Assembly: GCA_963805615.1 (NCBI GenBank)
Contig: CAWDUW010000001.1
Coordinates: 514,899-538,898 of the forward strand
Direction of reading: 5' to 3'
Length of the DNA stretch: 24,000 nucleotides
DNA from: an uncultured Actinomycetes bacterium
Lineage (GTDB): Bacteria > Actinomycetota > Thermoleophilia > Solirubrobacterales > Solirubrobacteraceae
Made by a program: the position numbers and the translations under genes. The notes under the pieces are model-generated. The model searched no databases. It was not told the DNA's origin and saw only the letters and a list, made by a program, of their open reading frames with translations. This document shows, one piece after another, positions 8,961-16,111 of the stretch. Each line of letters starts with the position of its first letter. Within the stretch, counting starts at the first letter, position 1.

Positions 8961-9779
8961 TCAGGGTGACCGCTGGTCGGCCGCCGCACGGACCGGCCGC
9001 GCGGCCGCAGCCGGCGCGGGGCGCCGGGATCGCCTCCACCACTCCGCCCCGAGCAGGACGACCGCCGGCGGGATCGTCGCCGGCAGGACGTCGTAGACGA
9101 GGAAGAGCTGGTCCCAGCACATCGAGACGGCCGCGAGCGCAATTGCGGCAGCGATCTGCGGGCCCTTCTCGGCCGCGAGGATGCCGCCGACCACCGCGGC
9201 CGCGAAGAAGTCGCCGTAGCCCATGCCGGCGAAGCCGAACGACGCGGACTGCAGCTGCGGCAGGCCCGCCCCCGGCGTCGCCGCGACGAGCACGGCGTTC
9301 GGCCCTTCGAGCTGCCCTGAGAACACGAGGTACGCGTCGACCGCCGCCATCGCGACGATGCCCGCCTTCAGCAGCGACAGCGGGGCCGCCCCCGCGAGCA
9401 GCCGCCCGAGCGTCACCGCGGACCCGACGATCAGCACGATCGTCGCCACCTGGCCGCTGCGCTCATCCTGGTGGGCCCATGCGATCGCCAGCAGCGGCGC
9501 GGCCAGCAGCGCCGCCCACGGCCGCGCGCCGCGGGCCGCCCAGCCGAGCGCGATCGCGCAGCCCGCCGGGACGAGCAGCAGCGCGACCCAGGTGAGCACG
9601 TCAGCGGTCGTCGGAACGAGCGCGATCGCGATGACCACCACGACGATCGACAGCGGCAGCACGAGTGCCCAGGCGCCCGTCCGCAGGCGCTCGGCCCACC
9701 GCGGCAGCCCGGCCGCCGGCAACGCGACACATGCCGCCTGCGCGACGGTGAGCGCGAGGTTGTCGGCGGAGAACCACAC
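8961..9779 (-). CDS. Polytopic (about 9 TM) membrane protein with presenilin/signal-peptide-peptidase-like motif layout (..VDAY.., GYGD, PAT)
   Basis: Intact frame of ORF 8961..9881. The proposed GTG start at 9779 is 33 nt after the GT2 stop. There are about nine hydrophobic segments. An Asp sits in predicted TM6 (IVAMAAVDAYLVF), GxGD in TM7 (FGFAGMGYGDFFAAAVVG), and a Pro-containing LPATIPPA in the last TM. The function call is from motifs and topology only. Confidence 0.7.
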   Translation of the reverse strand: MWFSADNLALTVAQAACVALPAAGLPRWAERLRTGAWALVLPLSIVVVVIAIALVPTTADVLTWVALLLVPAGCAIALGWAARGARPWAALLAAPLLAIAWAHQDERSGQVATIVLIVGSAVTLGRLLAGAAPLSLLKAGIVAMAAVDAYLVFSGQLEGPNAVLVAATPGAGLPQLQSASFGFAGMGYGDFFAAAVVGGILAAEKGPQIAAAIALAAVSMCWDQLFLVYDVLPATIPPAVVLLGAEWWRRSRRPAPAAAARPVRAAADQRSP

Positions 9780-9811
9780 GGGCCGCTGATGGTGGCAGCC
9801 CGGCGGCGGTC

Positions 9812-10486
9812 TCAGCGCCGCGCGAGCCAGACGCGAGCGAAATCGCGCAGCTGCCGGAAGCGGTGGGCGAACCCGCGCCACGTCCTCCCCGTCGCGCGGT
9901 GCTCCAGATCGACGTCGACCTCGACGAGGCGAAACCCTGCGCGTGCGGCGTCGACCGTCATCCCGATCTCCATCCCGAAGCGCGGCGCGAACGGCGTGAC
10001 GACCTGGAGCACCTCCGCCCGCATCGCCCGCTGGCCGGAGATCGGCGCGCGGACGTCGAGCCCGGTCAGGTTGCGGATCGCCCAGTGCGCGAAGCCGACC
10101 GCGATGCCGAAGCCGCCGCCGATCCGCCGGGCGAACGCGGCCACGGCAAGGTCGCCGTCACCCGCGAGGACCGCGTCCACGAGCGGGCGCAGGCGCGCCG
10201 CGCTCGCCCCGAGGTCGGCGTCGCAGAGCAGCACCAGATCCGGCTCGTGCGTGAGCGCGCATTCGGCCGCGAGCGTGGCCGCGCCGCCCTTCCCCGCGGG
10301 CCGCGGGAGCCGCACGACCTCGGCGCCGGCCGCGGCCGCCACGTCGGCCGTCCCGTCCGCCGATCCGTCGTCGGCGACGACGACGACGGCGCCGGGGAAC
10401 TCGTCGCGCACGGCGCGCACCGTCTCGCCGATCCGATCGGCCTCGTCCCTGGCGGCGATGACGACGGCGATCCCGGAGGCGTCCAT
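9812..10486 (-). CDS. Family 2 glycosyltransferase
   Basis: ATG 10486 gives MDASGIAVVIAARDEADRIGETV..VVVADDGSADGT..GKGGA..LLCDADL (nucleotide-sugar binding DxD-type pattern). Intact frame, stop 9812-9814. Confidence 0.75.
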   Translation of the reverse strand: MDASGIAVVIAARDEADRIGETVRAVRDEFPGAVVVVADDGSADGTADVAAAAGAEVVRLPRPAGKGGAATLAAECALTHEPDLVLLCDADLGASAARLRPLVDAVLAGDGDLAVAAFARRIGGGFGIAVGFAHWAIRNLTGLDVRAPISGQRAMRAEVLQVVTPFAPRFGMEIGMTVDAARAGFRLVEVDVDLEHRATGRTWRGFAHRFRQLRDFARVWLARR

Positions 10487-10540
10487 TCCGCGGGCTATGG
10501 TGCCAGACCGCTGCGTTCCCCCTGCATCTGGAGGCGTTCC

Positions 10541-10753
10541 GTGCCGGACATCGAGGCCCACATCACGGGCACCGTGTGGAAGATCGAGTGCCAGGTCGGT
10601 GACACGATCGCCGAGGGCGACACGGTCGCCATCCTCGAGTCGATGAAGATGGAGATGCCCGTCGAAGCTGAGGACGAGGGCACCGTGAAGGAGATCCTCT
10701 GCGAGGAGGGTCAGGCGGTGAACGAGGGCGACACGCTGGTTGTCCTCGAGTAG
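10541..10753 (+). CDS. Small biotinyl/lipoyl-domain protein (BCCP-like, 70 aa)
   Basis: GTG 10541 with GGAGG at 10530-10534. VPDIEAHITGTVWKIECQVGDTIAEGDTVAILESMKMEMPVEAEDEGTVKEILCEEGQAVNEGDTLVVLE contains the biotin-attachment (A/S)MKM motif. Confidence 0.85.
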   Translation: MPDIEAHITGTVWKIECQVGDTIAEGDTVAILESMKMEMPVEAEDEGTVKEILCEEGQAVNEGDTLVVLE

Positions 10754-10858
10754 ACGGCTCTCACTTCAAGCAGCGGCTCCGTGCTGCGCGCATGCCGCGT
10801 CGCCACGAGTTGCGTGTCGCAACGCATGACGAGGAGCGACAGGGCATGTGCTCCACGC

Positions 10859-10899
10859 GAATTCGCTCGCGGACAGACGGTCTGTCCGGTGGCGAATCC
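10859..10899. repeat. Extended imperfect inverted repeat in the 236-bp intergenic region
   Basis: GAATTCGC (10859-66) .. GGACAGAC (10871-78) g GTCTGTCC (10880-87) .. GCGAATcC (10892-99). The core is a perfect 8-bp palindrome and the outer arms match 7/8. Confidence 0.6.
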
Positions 10900-10989
10900 G
10901 TCCGGAGGCGATGTCGTGTCCTTCGCGGCCGCCGGCTGCTCGGCACTGGGCAAGGCCGTTCTGACCGTGAGGTCGTAGGGTGCGGCGTC

Positions 10990-11783
10990 ATGGCCGGGAA
11001 ACTGCTGCGGGATGAGCCGGCGGAGGGCGTCCTCCGCCTCACGATCTCCAACCCCGACAAGCGCGGGGCGCTGGATCACGCGATCCTCGACGCCGTCACC
11101 GAGCAGGTCGCCGGCGCCGCCGCCGCCGGCGCCCGCTGCATCGTGCTGACGGGCGAGGGCCAATGGTTCTCGTCCGGCTACGACATCGGTGACATCCCCG
11201 CCGACGTCTTCGCGGTCGAAGCCGAGCGGATCGTCGCCCACCCGTTCACCGAGGCGTCTGCAGGCGCTCGACGCGACCGACCTCCCGACCGTCGCCGCGA
11301 TCAACGGGCCGGCGATCGGCGGCGGCCTCGAGTTCGCGCTCGCGTGCGATCTGCGCGTCGCCGCGCAGGACGTGCAGTTCGGCATGCCGCCGGCCAAGCT
11401 CGGGCTCGTCTACTCGCACACCGGCATCCGGCGCTTCATCGACGCGATCGGCGCGCCGCGCGCGCGGGAGCTGTTCCTCGTCGGCCGCCGCATCTCGCGC
11501 CGAGACGGCGCTCTCGTGGGGCCTCGTGAACGACCTCGTCGAGCCGGAGGCGCTCGAGGCCGCGTCGCTCGACTGGGCGAGCGAGCTGGCGGGCAACGCG
11601 CCGCTCAGCGTGCGCGGGAACAAGCAGGTCTTCCGCGCGCTGCTCGCCGCACAGGGCGAGGTGGACGCCGGCACCGAGCGCGAGCTGGTCGCGCTGCGCG
11701 AGGCCTGCTTCTCCTCCGAGGACATGCTCGAGGGCGTGCGCGCATTCGCCGAGAAGCGCGCCGCACGCTGGCAGGGGCGGTAG
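10990..11783 (+). CDS. Enoyl-CoA hydratase/isomerase (crotonase) superfamily, most similar in motif pattern to methylmalonyl-CoA decarboxylase (YgfG/ScpB-like). Two frame disruptions (~11257, ~11499).
   Basis: Three pieces. (1) ATG 10990: MAGKLLRDEPAEGVLRLTISNPDKRGALD..CIVLTGEGQWFSSGYDIGDIP..AHPFTEA. (2) ORF 11189 frame: LQALDATDLPTVAAINGPAIGGGLEFALACDLRVAAQDVQFGMPPAKLGLVYSHTGIRRFIDAIG..LFLVGRRIS. (3) ORF 11526..11783: AETALSWGLVNDLVEPEALE..APLSVRGNKQVF..SEDMLEGVRAFAEKRAARWQGR. The second hydratase Glu is absent (MPPAKLG) and an LG-x-x-Y is present, as in E. coli YgfG from memory. Confidence 0.75.
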
Positions 11784-11795
11784 CGGCGGCCCGTC

Positions 11796-12595
11796 GTGCG
11801 CGTCTGCACCTGGAACGTCAACTCGCTGCGCGCGCGGCTTCCGCGCGTGCTCGAGATGCTCGAGAAGCACGCGCCCGACATCGTCGCTGCTGCAGGAGAC
11901 GAAGGTCGCGCCCGACCAGTACCCCGACGCGGAACTGCAGGCGGCCGGGTACGAGTCGGTCCATCACAGCGGCGGGCAGTGGGCCGGCGTCGCGATCCTC
12001 GCGCGCTCGGGCCTGGGCCTCGGCGGCGAGCGTGGCCGGGCTGCCCGGCGAGGTCCGCGGCGACGAGGCCCGCTGGATCGAGGCCGACGTCCCGGGCGCT
12101 CGGCGTGCGCGTCGCCAGCGTCTACGTGGTCAACGGCCGCGAGGTCGGCTCGAGACCTTCGACGAGAAGCTCGCGTTCCTCGACGCCATGGCGGTGCGCG
12201 CCGAGCGAGCTGTCGCGGACGCGCCGCTGATCATCGGCGGGGACTTCAACGTCGCGCCCGCCGACGCCGACGTGTACGACCCCGGCGCGTTCGCGGGCGC
12301 CACGCACGTCACGCCGGAGGAGCGCTCCCGCCTGCAGGCGCTGCTCGCCGCAGGCCACCTGGTCGACGCCTACGAGGCGCGCGCCGGCGCCGGACACGAA
12401 CCGCTTCACCTGGTGGGACTACCGCGCGGGGAACTTCCACAAGAACCTCGGTCTGCGGATCGATCTGCTGCTGCTCTCGGAGTCGCTCGGCCCGGCGGCT
12501 GCACTCGTGCGCATCGACCGCGACCTGCGCAAGGGCCAGAAGCCCAGCGACCACGCGCCGCTGCTTCGCCGAGCTGGACGCACCGGCCGCGCTGA
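11796..12595 (+). pseudogene. xthA: Exodeoxyribonuclease III (XthA family), with at least five frame changes in ~800 nt
   Basis: GTG 11796. Family-typical text can be followed only by hopping frames: VRVCTWNVNSLRARLPRVLEMLEKHAPDIV | LLQETKVAPDQYPDAELQAAGYESVHHSGGQWAGVAILARSGLGLGG | VAGLPGEVRGDEARWIEADVPG | LGVRVASVYVVNGREVGS | ETFDEKLAFLDAM..PLIIGGDFNVAPADADVYDP..ATHVTPEERSRLQALL | RFTWWDYRAGNFHKNLGLRIDLLLLSESL..KPSDHAPLL. Junctions are at ~11886, ~12030, ~12095, ~12150 and ~12400, possibly also ~12568. The true 3' end is uncertain (12595 or later). Confidence 0.75.
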
Positions 12596-12673
12596 CGTCC
12601 GGCCGCGGAACACCGTCCGGCTCCGCTGGCACGCTCCAGGCGTCACGACGACGACCCGGAGGACCGGCCGCCC

Positions 12674-13724
12674 ATGCCCCCGCTGATCACCCCTGAGGAA
12701 GCGCTCGAGCTGGGCGCCCTGACCGAGCCGAAGGCGATCGAGGCGCTCGTCGAGCGCGCCTGGGACTGCGCGGGTCGAGCGGTTCGGGGACAGCACCGAC
12801 ATGTGCTCGCTGGTGAACGCGAAGTCCGGCGGCTGCGCCGAGGACTGCGGCTTCTGCGCCCAGTCGCGCTTCGCCGACGCCGAGACGCCGATGCACGCGC
12901 TGATGGAGCCCGAGCAGATCCTCGAGCACGCCCGCGCAGCGGAGGCCGGCGGCGCGCACCGCTTCTGCATGGTCACCCAGGGCCAGGGCCTGTCGAAGCG
13001 CGACTTCCAGAAGTTCCTCGACGGGGTGCGCCTCGTCGCCGAGCAGACGAACCTCAAGCGCTGCGCGTCGATCGGCCACATGAGCGCCGAGCGTGCGCAG
13101 ATGCTCAAGGAGGCCGGCGTCCAGCGGGTGCACCACAACGTCGAGACGGCCGAGTCCTACTACCCGGAGGTCTCCTCGACCGTCCGCTACGAGGGCCGGC
13201 TGCGCACGATCGACGCCGTCAAGGACGCGGGCCTCGAGACCTGCGTCGGCGGCATCCTGAACCTCGGCGAGACACCCGACCAGCGCGTCGAGATGGCCTT
13301 CCAGCTCGCGAAGGTCGACCCGACGAGCGTGCCGATCAACCTGCTGATCCCCAAGGCGGGGACGAAGTTCGGCGACCGTCAGCTCATGGACCCGTGGGAG
13401 GCCGTGAAGTGGATCGCGATCTTCCGGCTCGTGCTGCCGGAGGCGCTCTTCCGTCTCTGCGGCGGCCGCGTCGAGAACCTCGCCGAGCTGCAGCCGCTGG
13501 CCGTCCGCGCGGGCGTGAACGGCGTGATGATGGGCAACTTCCTCACGACCCTCGGCAACACGCCCGAGCAGGACCGTGCGATGTTCGAGGACCAGGGGCT
13601 GAACATCGCTCGCCAGCCCGACAACGGCTCCAACCCACGCCCGGACAACCGCAGCGGCGTGCCTCGACGGCGAGACGCCGGACATCGTCGAGGAGTTCCT
13701 CGACGACTGGACGCCGAGCGGTGA
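12674..13724 (+). CDS. bioB: Biotin synthase, frame-disrupted near 12762-12771
   Basis: ATG 12674 with GGAGGA at 12658-12663. The N-terminus MPPLITPEEALELGALTEPKAIEALVERAWD joins RVERFGDSTDMCSLVNAKSGGCAEDCGFCAQS (radical-SAM CxxxCxxC) in ORF 12801..13724. Further BioB blocks: RFCMVTQG, HHNVETA, YEGRLRTI, GLETCVGGILNLGE, SVPINLLIP, LCGGR. Confidence 0.9.
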
Positions 13725-13872
13725 GGTCGACCTGAGCGGTCCGGCTGTGGGATCCCTCGAGCCAGCTCCGATTCCGCGCGCAGGACAAGTCGGTGCCCGC
13801 GCGCCCGGACGGGGCGCCGAATGCCTGGCCGGCCGAAGAGCCCGTCGGCCCGACGGCTGCGTAGCCGCGTCG

Positions 13873-15098
13873 ATGCAGGACATTCACGAACGCCTCGACG
13901 AACTCCAGGAACTGGGGCTCTACCGCCGCCTGCGCGTGATCAGCGGGCCGCAGGGCCCGCGCGTGGTGCTGGACGGCCGGCCTGTGCTGCTGCTCTGCTC
14001 GAACAACTACCTCGGCCTCGTCCGATCACCCGCGCGTTCGTGAGGCCGCCGCGGACGCGGCGATGCGCTGGGGCGTCGGCGCGGGGGCGTCCCGCCTGGT
14101 CTCCGGGACGATGCGGATCCACCATCGGCTCGAGCAGCGCCTGGCGGAGTTCAAGGGCTCGGAGACGGCGCTCCTCTTCGGCTCCGGGTACATGGCGAAC
14201 ATCGGCGTCGTCAGCGCGCTCGCCGGCAAGGGCCAGGTGGTGTTCTCCGACGAGCTGAACCACGCGTCGATCATCGACGGCTGCCGCCTCTCCCGGGCGG
14301 AGACCTTCGTCTACCGCCACAACGACATCGAGCACCTCGCCTGGGCGCTGGAGCGCGCGGGTGACCGCGGTGCGCTGATCGTCACCGACTCGGTCTTCTC
14401 CATGGACGGCGACGTCGCGCCGCTGGCCGACCTGGCGGAGCTTGCGCGCCGCCACCGGGTGCGCCTCGCCGTCGACGAGGCCCACGGCGTCGGCTGCATG
14501 GGCCCCGGCGGACGCGGCGCCGTCCACGAGGCCGGGCTCGAGCGCGAGGTCGACGTCGTCATCGGCACGCTCGGCAAGGCGCTCGGCTCCTACGGGGCCT
14601 ACGTCACATGTGACGACGAGCTCGCGCAGTTCCTCATCAACACCTCACGCCCGTTCATCTTCTCCACCGCCCCGCCCCCGCCCGCGGTCGCCGGCGCGCT
14701 CGCGGCGCTCGACCTGCTCGCCGAGAGCGACCGGCTCGTCACGCGCCTGGCGGCCAACAGCGCCGCGATCCGCGACGAGCTGGCGCGCGAGGGATTCGAC
14801 GTGTCGGGCTCGACGACGCAGATCGTCCCGCTCGTGATCGGCGACGCGGACATGGCGATGCGGATCTGCGAGCTCGCGATCGAGAACGGCGTGTTCGCCC
14901 AGGCGATCCGCCCGCCGACGGTCGCCGAGGGCACCTCGCGGCTGCGTCTGGCGGTGATGGCCTCACACACCAAGGAGGAGCTGCGCGAAGCCGCGCGCGT
15001 GCTCGGGCCGCGCCGCGCTGCAGGCGGGCTTCCGGCCGGGCGAGGGCGTTCCGGTCGCGGCGGCGCGCGACGCCTCGCGCCACCGCACCGCGGCGTGA
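13873..15098 (+). CDS. bioF: 8-amino-7-oxononanoate synthase, frame changes near ~14020 and ~15005
   Basis: ATG 13873 gives [49 protein letters not shown], which joins [73 protein letters not shown] (PLP Lys) in ORF 14063..15823. The proposed end [28 protein letters not shown] has its stop at 15096-15098, overlapping the bioD GTG as GTGA. Confidence 0.85.
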
Positions 15099-15777
15099 AC
15101 GGCTGCCTGGTCACGGGCACCGACACCGGCGTCGGCAAGACCGTCGTCGCCGCCGCGATCGTCGCCGCGCTGACGGCGCGCGGGCTGCGCGTCGCGCCCG
15201 TGAAGCCCGTCGTGACCGGTCTGGACGAGCCCGAGCCGGGACGCCCGCTCGATCACGAGCTGCTCGCAGCCGCAGCGGGCCTCGACGACGCGGCCGCGGT
15301 CACGCAGCTGACCTTCGGGCCGGCCGTCTCGCCGCACCTCGCGGCAGAGCTCGCCGGCATGACCGTCGAGCCCGCGGCGCTCGTCTCGGCGGCGCGCCGT
15401 GCGGCCGAGGGCGCCGATGTCGTCGTCGGCGAGGGCGCCGGCGGCCTGCTCGCGCCGCTGACCGGCGGCTACCTCATCCGCGACTACGCGCTCGACCTCG
15501 GCCTCCCGCTGGTCATCGCGGCGCGGCCCGGCCTCGGCACGATCAACCACACGCTGCTCACGATCGAGTCGGCCCGCGCCGCGGGGCTCCGGGTTCTCGG
15601 GGTCGTCCTCACCCCCTGGCCGGACGAGCCGGACGCGATCCAGCTGTCCAACCAGGGCACGATCGCCGGGCTCGGCGACGTCGAGGTGCGCCACGCTCCG
15701 ACAGCGTCGGCGTCTCGATCGATGAGCTCGCGGCCGCGGGCGGAGCGCTGCCGCTCGCGTCCTGGCTGGGCCTCTAG
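15095..15777 (+). CDS. bioD: Dethiobiotin synthetase, frame change near ~15690-15715
   Basis: GTG 15095 gives [26 protein letters not shown] (P-loop GTDTxVGKT). It continues ..KPVVTG..VVGEGAGGLLAPL..LPLVIAARPGLGTINHTLLTIE..GVVLTPWP. The natural C-terminus IDELAAAGGALPLASWLGL* (stop 15775-15777) is in another frame than ORF 14063..15823. Confidence 0.8.
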
Positions 15778-16085
15778 GCCGCGAGGAACTCCGCGAGCTG
15801 CGGCGCATGCGTGCCGGGCGTGAAGACGCCGACGAGTTCGTATCCGACGACCCCGGCGAGCACGTACGGATCGTTCGCCATGGTCGTGAGCACCGCGTCC
15901 GCGTCCTCCCCGCGGAAGACGAGGATCGAGCCGTCCGGCGGGGTCCGGCGCCCGCCCAGGATGGCGCGGCCGTCCGCGACCAGGTCCTTGAGGAACGCGA
16001 GGTGCGCGTCCCGGTGGGCGTCGACCTCGTCAAGCGATGTGAGGTAGGTGCCCTTGATGACCGTGAGGGGCGTGAGTGTGCTCAT
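15774..16085 (-). CDS. YciI-like (YCII domain) protein
   Basis: ATG 16085 gives MSTLTPLTVIKGTYLTSLDEVDAHRDAHLAFLKDLVADGRAILGGRR..ILVFRGEDADAVLTTMANDPYVLAGVVGYELVGVFTPG. Intact, stop 15774-15776. Confidence 0.65.
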   Translation of the reverse strand: MSTLTPLTVIKGTYLTSLDEVDAHRDAHLAFLKDLVADGRAILGGRRTPPDGSILVFRGEDADAVLTTMANDPYVLAGVVGYELVGVFTPGTHAPQLAEFLAA

Positions 16086-16111
16086 GCCCGTAGTCAACAG
16101 GGTCGCCGCCG

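Noticed and set aside
13725-13872. The gap between bioB and bioF, examined for a small BioB auxiliary (BsaP-like) gene or a C-terminal BioB extension. The frame shared with bioF reads ..CLDGETPDIVEEFLDDWTPSGEVDLS.. from inside the bioB 3' end.
   Set aside because: There is no start codon with an RBS, no Cys-rich motif of the kind I recall for BsaP, and the region downstream turns Arg/Gly-rich. BioB already has a normal length (~350 aa) ending at 13724. This is left as unresolved rather than called.
15774-15777. Convergent gene pairs sharing a CTAG so that both stop codons overlap: bioD / YciI-like at 15774-15777, and the sigma gene / molybdopterin oxidoreductase at 23701-23704.
   Set aside because: It is a curiosity that depends on my frame-corrected C-termini. 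Overlapping convergent stops are common in compact high-GC genomes and need no special explanation.
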